Shown: positions 52,520 to 62,955 of the stretch, piece by piece | Layout: the number at the start of each line of letters is the position of its first letter | Numbering within the stretch: position 1 is the stretch's first letter | NCBI GenBank assembly: GCA_963833985.1 | Contig: CAWIAD010000002.1 | Location: 4,576,001-4,640,000 of the forward strand | Length of the DNA stretch: 64,000 nucleotides | Origin: an uncultured Planctomycetaceae bacterium | Lineage (GTDB): Bacteria > Planctomycetota > Planctomycetia > Isosphaerales > Isosphaeraceae | Direction of reading: 5' to 3' | Notes under the pieces: generated by a model | What the model was told of the DNA's origin: nothing | The model's input: only the letters and a program-made list of their open reading frames with translations | Database searches by the model: none | Made by a program: the position numbers and the translations under genes

Positions 52520-52921
52520 TCAGTAACTGTGCCGGTCCACATAGGCTTCGCGCATGGCGATCGCCGCGAGGCTGGACCCGGTCTCGGGGCGCTCGTCCAG
52601 ATAGTGATAACCCAGAGCGAACGTCGCGGGAGCAGCGCCGGGCGGTACAGTCCGTTCGGGAACAGTCACTGCCCTGTCGTGAACAAACTTCAGCTGGGCC
52701 AGGTCCCAGATGCCCGGAAAACCGCTCGGATCGGCCATCTCCGCCGCGTCGATAACTAGTTTGCCCACGGCCCTCTGGCCGGCGTTCAGCCGGATCGAGA
52801 TCCGCGGAATGCCCTGGTGGATCGCCTCGATCTGGCTGACCTCGAAACCGGCCTCGAGAAGCCAGCGGCGGGCGCGATCCAGAGTGCGGTCGCTGGCGAA
52901 GTAGTGTGTCAGATAGCCCAT
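52520..52921 (-). CDS. Hypothetical protein
   Basis: 133-aa ORF with GAGGGG RBS upstream. Confidence 0.6.
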   Translation of the reverse strand: MGYLTHYFASDRTLDRARRWLLEAGFEVSQIEAIHQGIPRISIRLNAGQRAVGKLVIDAAEMADPSGFPGIWDLAQLKFVHDRAVTVPERTVPPGAAPATFALGYHYLDERPETGSSLAAIAMREAYVDRHSY

Positions 52922-53204
52922 GATATGAGTGTCCCCTCAAATGAATGGCGGATGAGCGCAAGGCGCAACGACGGGAGATCCCTCCCGGGGAGCGCTGCGC
53001 AGGGCCGGCATGCCGGACCGTCGGCCGGAGCGATGAAGATCAGGACGCCGACAGCCACTTGAGAGGGATACCGGGCCGCGGGCCCCAGGTCAGCCATGGC
53101 TTTGCGGGGCTTGCCACGCAACCGTGATGGGCGTGGTCAGGGTCGGCCCGAAATCGCATCCCTCCGAAGTTTCTACGTGTTTCGCGCGAGTTTGGCGTCG
53201 CAGA

Positions 53205-53687
53205 TTAAGGGGTCTTCATCGTTTCTGTGGTAGCCGGCGGCGCGGAGGCTGGCGCGGAGGAGGGAGGTGGAGTGAGCGACTGGCGGACCGGCTTGCTGGT
53301 CGCCAGGGCACCCGGACGAGTGGCGACGACAGGCGTGGGGCTGAGGATGCTGTTGACGCCCATGGTGGCCAGGCCGGAGACGAGCAGCATGGTGGCCAGG
53401 CCAATCCCCAGTGCATGCCAGGGGTGGAAGCGAAAGACCAGCATGAACACACCCACCCACACGAGGGCTTGGAGGACGGTCCACCCGACGCTCGTTGTGA
53501 ACATGGAGTCATACGAGGGCCTGATCCAGGTGAGCAAAAGTGCCAGCAGCAGCGTGCCGCCGGTCACCTTGAGCGCCACATACGGCGTGACCTCGTCATA
53601 GAGCTGGTCCTGCCCGATCTCGATGACGACGTAGCAGCCGACGAACAGGACCAGCCAGTAAATGAGAAACGCCCACATGACCGCCAT
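53205..53687 (-). CDS. Hypothetical membrane protein
   Basis: Four hydrophobic segments and a Pro/Thr-rich tail; start placed at ATG 53687. Confidence 0.65.
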   Translation of the reverse strand: MAVMWAFLIYWLVLFVGCYVVIEIGQDQLYDEVTPYVALKVTGGTLLLALLLTWIRPSYDSMFTTSVGWTVLQALVWVGVFMLVFRFHPWHALGIGLATMLLVSGLATMGVNSILSPTPVVATRPGALATSKPVRQSLTPPPSSAPASAPPATTETMKTP

Positions 53688-53852
53688 TGGGAATTGCCTC
53701 GACGCAGGTCCAGACTGGTTGCACCATTGATCTTCCGTATCGTACCGGGAACCCGCGGCGGGCTCCACCGGGCGCTGTTGGTTTTTCGGCGATCTGCTAT
53801 GATTGAGAAGGGGTTGCTCACCCGGGGTTGTACGGCACCTGGACCACACGCG

Positions 53853-54677
53853 ATGATTCGCATCAGTGCTTTCGCGGACGAGATCTCCCAGGATCCGCTG
53901 GTGCAGGTGGACGTGCTGGCACGCCACCAGATCCGGCACATCGAGTTCCGGGCGATCCACGGCACCAACGTGCTGGACCTTGGTGACGACCAGCACGCCG
54001 CTTTTCGTGAACTGCTGCGGTCGCGCGGCTTCGGGCTCAGCGCGATCGGCTCGCCGATCGGCAAGATCCGCATCACCGAGCCGTTCGACGAGCATCTCGT
54101 CCGGTTCGATCGGGCGCTCGACCTCGCCCGGTTCTACGACACACCCCGGATCCGCGTCTTCAGCTTTTACATTCCTCCCGGCGACAACCCGGCCGACCAT
54201 CGCGCCGAGGTGATCTCCCGCATGAGCGAGCTGGCACGCCGCGCCGCGGGCCGCGGGGTGGACCTGATGCTCGAGAACGAGAAGGGAATCTACGGCGACA
54301 TGGCGGAGCGGGTGAGCGATCTGCTGGAGAGCGTGAACTCGCTGGCGCTCAGCCATGCCTTCGATCCCGCCAATTATGTAGAAGTGGGTCAGGACATCGA
54401 CCAGGCCTGGAGTCTGCTGCACCACCGCGTGCGCCACTTCCACGTGAAGGATTATGATTCCCGGTTGCATCACAACGTTCCGGCCGGAGCGGGAGACGGG
54501 CAGATCCCCGGCCTCATCGAACGGGCGGTGGCGGCCGGGTATGATGGATTCCTGGTTCTCGAGCCGCACCTGGTCGTCGCCGAGATCTCCTCCGGCTTCA
54601 CGGGGCCCGAGCGCTTTGCCGACGCCGCGAGCGCGCTCAAAACCATCCTCGAGAGCCAGGCCATCCCCTACGCGTAA
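53853..54677 (+). CDS. Sugar phosphate isomerase/epimerase (xylose-isomerase-like TIM barrel)
   Basis: ISAFADEI, IGSPIGK, IRVFSFY, LENEKGIYG, FDPANY, HVKD, LEPHL. Confidence 0.88.
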   Translation: MIRISAFADEISQDPLVQVDVLARHQIRHIEFRAIHGTNVLDLGDDQHAAFRELLRSRGFGLSAIGSPIGKIRITEPFDEHLVRFDRALDLARFYDTPRIRVFSFYIPPGDNPADHRAEVISRMSELARRAAGRGVDLMLENEKGIYGDMAERVSDLLESVNSLALSHAFDPANYVEVGQDIDQAWSLLHHRVRHFHVKDYDSRLHHNVPAGAGDGQIPGLIERAVAAGYDGFLVLEPHLVVAEISSGFTGPERFADAASALKTILESQAIPYA

Positions 54678-54723
54678 CCTCCAGGGCCAATCTCACCGAC
54701 ATCCGCACAAGGAGTGTTCTTAG

Positions 54724-55652
54724 ATGACCGAAGCTCGTCGCAGCCGCCGGGACTTTCTTGCAGGCAGCCTGGCCGCCGGGGCCCTGCTGGGATCCCGATT
54801 CACACCGGCAGGCGCCGCGAGTGGCGGGGCCGCAGCCACCGTTGCCGGCGACTTCAAGCTCTCACTGGCGGAATGGTCGCTGCATCGGGCGCTGTTCGCC
54901 GGAACCATCTCGAACCTGGACTTTCCCGTGATCGCCCGCGAGCAATACGGGATCGCCGGCGCCGAGTTCGTGAACCAGTTTTTCAAGGACAAGGCACACG
55001 ACTCCCAGTACCTCAAACAGCTCAAATCGCGGGCCGACGACCACGGCGTGACCTGCGTGCTGATCATGATTGACGGCGAGGGAGACCTGAGCGCCCCGGA
55101 GAAGAGCGAGCGGTTCCAGGCGGTCGAGAACCACAAGAAATGGGTCGATGCGGCCGCGGCCCTGGGATGCCACTCAATCCGCATCAACACCGGAGAGCAC
55201 TACAGCCCCGGCGACGTGGGGGCAGTGGCCGAAGCCTGCGGGCGCTCAACGAATACGGGCTGGCGCACAAGATCGGGGTGATCTGCGAGAACCACGGCGG
55301 CCCGTCGAGCAATCCGGACGCACTGATTGCTCTGATGAAAGCCGTGGGCAGCCCCAATTTTGGGACCCTGCCGGACTTTGGCAACTTCCCGAAGCAAGGC
55401 GACCGGTACGCCATCGACATCTATGCCGCCATCGCACGCATGATGCCCTACGCCAAGGGTGTCTCCGCCAAGAGCTATGACTTCGATGGCCAGGGCAACG
55501 AGACGACGCTCGACTTCCCCCGGATCATGAAGATCGTGGCCGAGGCTGGCTACCATGGCTTCGTCGGCATCGAGTACGAGGGCGGGCGGTTAAGCGAGCC
55601 GGAGGGCATCAAGGCCACCAAGAAGCTGCTCGAGTCGATTCGCGATCGTTGA
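54724..55652 (+). CDS. Tat-exported sugar phosphate isomerase/epimerase; apparent frameshift near 55240
   Basis: [24 protein letters not shown]; next frame [25 protein letters not shown]. Confidence 0.88.
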
Positions 55653-55699
55653 GCCGCGTGGGCACGATCCGCTGGATCTCCCGGAACCAGCAACAGAAC

Positions 55700-55734
55700 G
55701 AGCCGGCGGCACTGCCCGCTGGCTCTTTTGCTTT
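55700..55734 (+). terminator. Rho-independent terminator
   Basis: Stem gagccggcgg / ccgctggctc (one G-U pair) followed by ttttgcttt, about 48 bp after the stop at 55652. Confidence 0.65.
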
Positions 55735-55956
55735 GGCCCTGTGCGAAACATGAGCGGTCAGGCGAACCTGGGTATCTGGGAAGCTCCCGGAACCTGGTAG
55801 GGACATGATGAGGGAAAGGAGTCTGGTGGAACGCTTTGAGAAAAAGTTCAAGACATGAGCCCAAGAGGCGTCCGATGAACAAGAGCGGCGACCCTGATAC
55901 AGATCGCCGCCTTGCGCAGGGATGCGTCTATGATGATTGGTTTGACGGAACAAGCC

Positions 55957-56829
55957 TCAGCTACGAGCACGGATACGCCCGCGGAATCGGTAAGCGGCTG
56001 CGCTTGCCATGAGCGTCCAGGCGAGCCAGGTGGTGGGCTCGGGGATATGCTGGGCGGCGTTTTCCGGGATCTTGGTCCAGCTCAGGTAGGCCTCCCCCAC
56101 CCCATCGACAGCCGAGCCGGCATAGGCTTCGATCCAGAAGCCGTTCGCCGCGTTCAGGCCCGGGATCTTGCTGAAGTGGGTGACGGTGAACTCCAGCTGC
56201 GGGTGCGCGGGGGTCGGGTCGTAGGCCAGGTTGCCCGTGAACTGCGGAAGCTGCGAACCGAAGGCGTAGCCAAGTCCGGCCCCGCTCGCCTTGGCCGCGT
56301 TGAAGCTCGACACCGTGTAGCCGTCGGTGGTTCCCGAGCCGGCCATGGTCTTGTCGGCCGGAACGCCTGCGACCACAAGCGGAGTGCCGGGCTGGCTGAG
56401 ATTCGTGGAGTTGAGCGGGGCGAATGCCACGGCAATCGACTTGTCGCCGCCGAGGTGTGCGGGGTCGTAGCCGGTCGGCGTACCCGTGGGATCGCCGTTG
56501 GCCTGGCCAAAGGGCGCATTCACGCCCTGGGCGTTCTTGAAGGTGTTCACACCAACGTACAGGGTGTCCGTGGTGCTGTTGTAGTACGTCCGGATGTCCT
56601 GGATGCTCCAGCCCGAAACCCATCCATTAGCGGTGATCCAGGACGGCTGGCCGATGTTCTGCGGGTTGCTGCTGACCGGGGTCACCACCACACCGGGATT
56701 GGTCGCGGCGTTGAAATCCGCGTTGACATTTCCCGTGAACTGGATCGGGGCAGCGCTTGCTGCGGGCGCGTGCAGCCCGAGCAGAACCAGCAGCGCAAGA
56801 TTCCATGTGCACAAGCGGCGGGGCACCAT
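55957..56829 (-). CDS. PEP-CTERM surface protein
   Basis: Signal peptide; C-terminal IPEPTTWLAWTLMASAAAYRFRGRIR. Confidence 0.85.
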   Translation of the reverse strand: MVPRRLCTWNLALLVLLGLHAPAASAAPIQFTGNVNADFNAATNPGVVVTPVSSNPQNIGQPSWITANGWVSGWSIQDIRTYYNSTTDTLYVGVNTFKNAQGVNAPFGQANGDPTGTPTGYDPAHLGGDKSIAVAFAPLNSTNLSQPGTPLVVAGVPADKTMAGSGTTDGYTVSSFNAAKASGAGLGYAFGSQLPQFTGNLAYDPTPAHPQLEFTVTHFSKIPGLNAANGFWIEAYAGSAVDGVGEAYLSWTKIPENAAQHIPEPTTWLAWTLMASAAAYRFRGRIRARS

Positions 56830-57094
56830 GACGAGTCTCCTTCCACGTATGGTTAGTCCGTCCCTCGAATGCCCACCGAGGCATGACGTCTACGTCTGCG
56901 GGACGATTGCCAGAAGTTCAGGCGACCAACGCGTGGCGAGCGACAGACACGCCGCGACATGGTCAAGATGACGGTTCGGTTCGCACCTCCAGACCGGCTC
57001 GAAAGATCGTGGCTCCGCCAGGTTCCTTCGAAGCCGCCCTCCCAGTGTCTCGCTCCTGTTGGAGAGTGAGAATTCCAGAAAGGACGATGGCGCG

Positions 57095-58588
57095 ATGTCG
57101 CTATTCGCTAGACTGCTGCAAGCTGTTCGCTCGTGGCGCCGCCGTCGGGGTGGCCACAAGACCGTCCGATACGCCGGCATCGCCATGGAACAGCTTGATC
57201 ATCGGCAACTACTGAGCGTTAACTTCACGGGAAACGTCCCAATCGATTTTCCCGCTACTCAAAGTCCAGGCGTTGTGGTCCTACCGGACAATCCGCTGGT
57301 GCAGCATCCGGCAATCGCCCCAGTCCTTCAGCCCGTGGTGAAGGTTTCGGGCTTTGATATCTCGGGAATTCGGGTGAGCTACTCGCCCGCCACGGACACT
57401 CTCAGCATCGGGCTGGACCAGCCGCAAAGCGGCAACCATCCCGGAGAGGTCATCGCGGGCGATTCAGACAATAATGGAAATTCCAGTACCGTCAACCCCA
57501 TCATTTCATCCGGCAACCCACCTACGGGTCTGGAGCCGGGTTTCCAGGATCCGCCCAACTTCAGCGGCACGAAGTTCATGGGCGCGTTTCTCGACTTCAC
57601 GGGGAGCGGCAACGCGCAGGTCGTCGCCGGCTTTTCACAGGCAGTCATTCCGCCTTCCGCGACCGACCCGTCCCCACTCAAGCCCTATGAGGTCGCTCAG
57701 GCAATTCCCACCGGGCCGAACTCGACCCCCGTCTTCGGCACTGTGCTTCCCCAGTTCATCGGCAACGTCTACGACAACAACTCCATCCAGCACCCGAACC
57801 TCGAATTCGAGATCACGCACTTCTCCCAGCTTTACCAGATGGAGACGGGCACCGCTCTCACGCCGTCGTCGACAATCTACGTCGGCGGCTTTGGCGGCTC
57901 GGCGCAGGATCTGGGCATCGGTGAGGCGTTCTTCCCCGAGCAGCCGGTGAGCATCGCCGCGGCCACGCAGCCGAGCACGATCCCACCCGTGTCACCGCCA
58001 ATCCTCATCAATCCTCACGAGCATCGCGTCATCGATACCGCGCATCGCGACCTGGTCCGGGTGACCGTGCAGGGCACCTCCGGCTTCAGCGTCACATCCA
58101 TCAACCCGGCCACCGTCTCGCTGGACGGTGCCTCGCCAATCGCCGAGTTCACCCGCCATTTCCCGCACAGCGAGTTCCTCAACGAGACGTTCGTGTTCGT
58201 CGGCAAGGATATCAACCTGCCGGCAGGATACACCACGGCCACCTTCACCGCGCAGACGTACAGCGGCCAGCAGATCACCTCGTCCAAGCAGGTACTGAAC
58301 ATCCCGTTCTCGGCGAAGGTCCCGGGCCGGCTGCACTTCCTGATGGACAAGGGCACAGCCTATCCCGGCCTGAAGCGGCTCGAGAGGGTGACGCCAGGTT
58401 CCGTGAACCTGAACAATGCAACCACTGCGCTGCCGGCCTCGGTCAAGGTTGACCTGGCGTCGAAGGCCGCGGTCAGGGATATGCGGGTGAACTACCGGGC
58501 GCAGGTCACAAACACGGGAACCACAACGCCGGTGGCCATGCCACGCAGCGTGGTCCGTCTTGCCAGCCGGGGCACTGGCGCAAGGTGA
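57095..58588 (+). CDS. Planctomycete extracellular protein sharing a domain with the divergent PEP-CTERM gene
   Basis: Basic N-terminus followed by MEQLDHRQLLS (planctomycete extracellular-type motif); Ser/Thr/Pro/Gly-rich beta-type sequence. Confidence 0.8.
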   Translation: MSLFARLLQAVRSWRRRRGGHKTVRYAGIAMEQLDHRQLLSVNFTGNVPIDFPATQSPGVVVLPDNPLVQHPAIAPVLQPVVKVSGFDISGIRVSYSPATDTLSIGLDQPQSGNHPGEVIAGDSDNNGNSSTVNPIISSGNPPTGLEPGFQDPPNFSGTKFMGAFLDFTGSGNAQVVAGFSQAVIPPSATDPSPLKPYEVAQAIPTGPNSTPVFGTVLPQFIGNVYDNNSIQHPNLEFEITHFSQLYQMETGTALTPSSTIYVGGFGGSAQDLGIGEAFFPEQPVSIAAATQPSTIPPVSPPILINPHEHRVIDTAHRDLVRVTVQGTSGFSVTSINPATVSLDGASPIAEFTRHFPHSEFLNETFVFVGKDINLPAGYTTATFTAQTYSGQQITSSKQVLNIPFSAKVPGRLHFLMDKGTAYPGLKRLERVTPGSVNLNNATTALPASVKVDLASKAAVRDMRVNYRAQVTNTGTTTPVAMPRSVVRLASRGTGAR

Positions 58589-58612
58589 AGCCCCGGTCCA
58601 AATGACGAACCT

Positions 58613-58646
58613 GGCCCGGGTCGGCTCACAGAGCCCGGCCCGGGCC
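58613..58646. terminator. GC-rich hairpin between convergent genes
   Basis: Imperfect inverted repeat ggcccgggtcggctc-aca-gagcccggcccgggcc; no clear U tract. Confidence 0.4.
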
Positions 58647-58693
58647 TTGCCATCTGGCCTGGGTCTCTTCTGGGGCCTGGCGAGCCTGCCCGC

Positions 58694-59101
58694 TCAACGC
58701 TTGGAGAACTGGAAGCTCTTGCGGGCCTTCTTGTGGCCGAACTTCTTGCGTTCGACCATGCGGGCGTCTCGGGTCAGGAACCCGCCGTCGCGGAGCGCGG
58801 AGTCGAGGTCCGGGCGGAACTCCTTGAGCGCCCGCGCCAGTCCATGCATGACGGCGCCGCTCTGGCTGGGCTTGCTGCTGCCGGCCACGTTCACGATCAC
58901 GTCGACCCGCTCTCGCATCTCGGTGGCCTTCAGCGGCGCCCGGATGTCGGTCTGCTGCACCTCGAGCGGAAAGTACGTGTTGGCGTCCAGGCCGTTCACC
59001 TGGAACTGCCCGGTCCCTTCGCAGATGCGGACCCGCGCCACGGCCGTCTTGCGCCGGCCCGTGCCCCAGGTGTAGGTCTTTTTTTCGGTCGCTACTGGCA
59101 T
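58694..59101 (-). CDS. rpsI: 30S ribosomal protein S9
   Basis: GTGRRKTAVARV, LTRDARMVERKKFG, KARKSFQFSKR. Confidence 0.98.
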   Translation of the reverse strand: MPVATEKKTYTWGTGRRKTAVARVRICEGTGQFQVNGLDANTYFPLEVQQTDIRAPLKATEMRERVDVIVNVAGSSKPSQSGAVMHGLARALKEFRPDLDSALRDGGFLTRDARMVERKKFGHKKARKSFQFSKR

Positions 59102-59164
59102 GGTCGATCTTTCAACGGCTTCGAGGGTACTTGGTTCGCGGTTTCTTCAGTGCGTGTGCGGGAC

Positions 59165-59934
59165 TCACTCGGCTTCCGGCGAGGGCGCATGTTCCGGGGT
59201 CGCGGGTTCACCATGAGCGGCTTCACCGTGCGCAGGTGCCTCATGCCCGGCCTCGTGGCTCACTTCTGAGCTCATCTCGGCGCGGCCGCAACGGCCTCGG
59301 GTGTGGCTGCCACTTCGGCGTGAGCCGCGTGCTCCGGGGCCAATTCGTGGCTGACGGCGGGTGCCGCAGCCGCTTCCGGATGCCCGGCGATGCCGGTCGG
59401 AACCTGTGACTCCGGCTCGGCGGCCGTCTTGCCGGCCTTCTTGCGGACTCCCCGCGGGGCAGGCGGCGGAGCCAGCACGGCTCCCGAGGAAGCCGGCCGG
59501 CCCGACAGCGGCTCGAGCGGGATCGGCTGCTGTGCCTGGTGGGGATGCTCGGCGCCCACCTGAAGCTTGAGCTTGTCCATCATCTGCCGGCCCAGCTTGC
59601 TCTTGGGAAGCATGCGCTGGATCGCCAGCTCGAGGATGCGCTCGGGTTTGCGCTCGAAGAGCTTCCAGGCCGCCTCGTCACGCTGACCGCCGGGATAGCC
59701 GGAGTAACGCTGGTACGACTTCTGCCGCCACTTGTTGCCCGTGAAGACGACCTTGTCCACGTTGGTGACGATGACGTAATCGCCCGTATCAATGTGCGGG
59801 GTGTACGTGGGCCGGTGCTTGCCCATGAGGATGGGAGCGATCTGGGCGGCGAGACGGCCGACGACCTGGTTCGAGGCGTCGATCACGTACCAGTGCCGCG
59901 CCAGCTCACCGGTCTTGGCTTGGTAACAGTTCAT
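59165..59934 (-). CDS. rplM: 50S ribosomal protein L13 with long C-terminal extension (tracked stop at 59272; probable indel near 59283)
   Basis: WYVIDA, GRLAAQIA, GKHRPTYTPHIDTGD, MLPKSKLGR, HPHQAQQP. The Ala/Glu/His-rich tail continues in the adjacent frame to a stop at 59165. Confidence 0.9.
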
Positions 59935-60138
59935 GGAACGCTATGCCTGACTCGTGAAAAGGCCTGAATCGATGGCCTGGTCGCAAGGAAAAATACCATC
60001 GTAGCGTGCCCCGCACTGCCGTCAAGACGGCTCCCTGTCGCCGGATCAAGAGCCGACTCAGGAAATTGTCTCTAATCACAAGAGAGAACGGGCTTTGCGA
60101 CGTGTCCTCACGCACCCGGAGAGTGCCCGGAACCGCTC

Positions 60139-62756
60139 TCAAAGCCGGGCCTGGATGCTCTTCAGGGCTTGCTCGATGGCCTCGGAAACCCGCTCGGGGT
60201 TCTTGCCGCCGGCCTGGGCGAGATCGGGACGGCCGCCGCCGCCGCCGCCCACGATCGGGGCCACTTCCTTGAGCCAGTTTCCTGCATGCAGCCCACGTTC
60301 CACCAGGTCCCTGGAGAGGCCCGCCACGAGCTGGACCTTCCCTTCCGAGGTGCTCAGAAGCAGCACGGCCAGCCCGCGTTCCACCTTGCGGCGCAGGCCG
60401 TCGATGAGCACGCGCAGCTCGTCGGGCGAGTGATTCTCAAGTGCCCGCACGACGACCGTCGCATTCCCGGTAACGCTCGCTCCGGCCACGAGATCGTCGA
60501 TCGACACCTTCCCGCCCCCGTCATCGCGGCGTTGCGAGACCTGCTTCTTGAGCGTCTTGACCTCCTCCAGCAATGCGGCGATCCGGCTGGCAAGCTGCGT
60601 CTGCGGAACGCGCAGCGCGCCGCCGCCTGCGCCAGGATCTCTTCCTCCTGCCGGACGTGATCGAGCGCCGCCTGGCCCGTCAGCGCGGTGATCCGCCGGG
60701 TCCCCGACGCCACCGACTCCTCGCCGATGACCTTGAACAGGCCCACCTGGCCGACATTCTCGAGATGCGTGCCCCCGCAAAGCTCCCTGGAGAAATCGCC
60801 CATCTGCACGACCCGGACGATTTCCGGGTACTTCTCGCCGAAGAGCGCCATGGCGCCCAGCGCCTTGGCCTCGGCGATGGGCATCTGGCTCCAGCGCACC
60901 GACGCGCCGGACATCGCCAGGGCGTTGACGGTCTTCTCGATCTCGTCGAGCCGCTCCTTGCCGACCGCCTCGGGATTGGCGAAGTCGAACCGCAGCCGGT
61001 CGGGCTCGACCTTGCTGCCGGCCTGCTGCGCGTGCTTGCCCAGGTGCCGGTGCAACGCGTGGTGCAAGAGGTGCGTCGCCGAGTGGGCGCGGCGGATCGC
61101 CTGCCGGCGCGGGGCCTCCACCGAGGCGGTGACACGGGCATTGAGGCAGACGGTCCCCTCCACCACCCGGCCGATGTGCAGGATGAAATCGTGGTCCTTG
61201 CGGGTGTCCTCGACCGTGAAGCGGAAACCAGGGCCGGTGAGGGTGCCGATGTCGCCGACCTGGCCGCCCGACTCGGCATAGAATGGCGTGCGGTCGAGCA
61301 CCAGCGAGATGGGCGGTCCGCTCACCGGCGCGGCCGTGGCCGACTCGGCAAGCTGGCCCTGCTCGAGGATGCCGATCACGGTCCCCTCCGCCTCGGTGGT
61401 CTGGTAGCCGAGGAACTCGGACCCGTGATGATAGGCCTGCCGCAGCGCGTCGAGCGGGCCGGTGGCGAAGACGTCGGCCGCCTCCGTGGTTCCGCGGGCG
61501 ATCTTGCGGGCCTCCTCCTGGGCTTCCTTGAACGAGAGCATGTCGACCCGCAGGTTCTGATCGGCGGCCAAGCTCTCGGTGATCTCGATCGGGATGCCGT
61601 AAGTGTCGTGCAGCTTGAACGCCTCGCGGCCGTCGATCGTGTCCGAGCCGCCGGCCTTGGTGCGCCGGAAGGTGTCGCTGATCATCCGCATCCCGTTCTC
61701 CAGGTTGCGGAGAAACCGCTCCTCCTCCTCACGGATCACGTTGCCGATCCGCGGCACGCTGTCGCGCAGCTCAGGATAGCCGCCCTGCATGGCCTCGGCC
61801 ACGACCGGCGGCAGCCGATACAGGAAGGGCTCACGCTGGCCCATCTGGTAGGCGTCGAGCACGGCCCGCCGCAGCAGCCGGCGAATCACGTAACCTTGCT
61901 TTTCCGGGCCCGGCCGGACGTTCTCGTGAATGCAGAATGTGAGCGCCCGAGCATGATCGCTGGCACGGCGGATGCGTACGCCGTCCAGCGTATCCTTCAC
62001 ATTGTCATAAGTGATCCCCAGCGCATCGGCCGTGGCGGCGACGATCGGCTGGAAGATGTCGATCTCGAAGTTGGACCTCACGCCCTGCAACGCAGCCGCG
62101 GCGCGTTCCAGCCCCATGCCGGTGTCGATGTTCTTGCTGGGCAGCGGTTCAAGCTGGCCCGGGCCAATCCGGTTGAACTGGGTGAAGACCAGATTCCAGA
62201 TCTCCACCTCCTCGACCCCGTCGCCGTGATAGAAGATCTCCGAGCACGGCCCGCAGACGCCGTTAGGCCCGTGCGTGGGCGCTCCGGCCGGCCAGAAGTT
62301 GTCGTCCTCGCCCATGCGCGTGATGCGATCGGCGGCGATGCCGACCTCTTTGTGCCAGATGTCGTGGGCCTCGTCGTCATCGAGGTAAACGGTGATCGTC
62401 AGCCGGTCGGCCGGGATCTCGAGCGTGCGGGTGAGGAACTCCCAGGCCCAGTGGATGGCCTCGCGCTTGAAGTAATCTCCGAAGCTGAAGTTGCCCAGCA
62501 TCTCGAAGAAGGTCATGTGCCGGGGCGTCTTGCCCACGTTCTCGATATCGCCGGTGCGAATGCACTTCTGGCAGGTGGTGGCGCGCTTGAAGCCCGGGTT
62601 GCCCAGGCCCATGAACTCGCGCTTGAACTGGTTCATGCCGGCGGGCGTGAAGAGCACCGTGGGGTCGTTCGGTACGAGCACATCGCTGGGCCGGCGAACA
62701 CAGCCCTTGGAGGCGAAGAAGTCCAGGAACGCTGCGCGGAGATCGTCGGTTTTCAT
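60139..62756 (-). CDS. alaS: Alanine--tRNA ligase; apparent frameshift near 60615
   Basis: LFTPAGMNQFK, FFEMLGNFSFGDYFK, IDTGMGLER, TPFYAESGGQVGD, HSATHLLH, ELCGGTH; C-Ala motif GGGGRPDLAQAGG in ORF 60139..60780. Confidence 0.96.
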
Positions 62757-62955
62757 GGAGGTTGCGGCACCAGGGCGGGGTCGTTCGGACCCGCCCGGAA
62801 CTCTTGCGGCGCGAACGGGCTCTGCCGGGGCACGGCGAGCACTCACGACGGGGTGAATACCGTGAGCCCCATTGTCCCGGAGGAACGTTCCGGCGGCAAC
62901 CCGGGAGCGCGGGAGTCGCCGGGATCGAGGTCAGGAGACGACGCCCGCATCCATT

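Noticed and set aside
53688..54569. N-terminal extension of the 454-aa minus ORF 53205..54569, and of the 517-aa plus ORF from 53124
   Set aside because: Each extension is the shadow of the divergent neighbour; plausible starts are 53687 (-) and 53853 (+).
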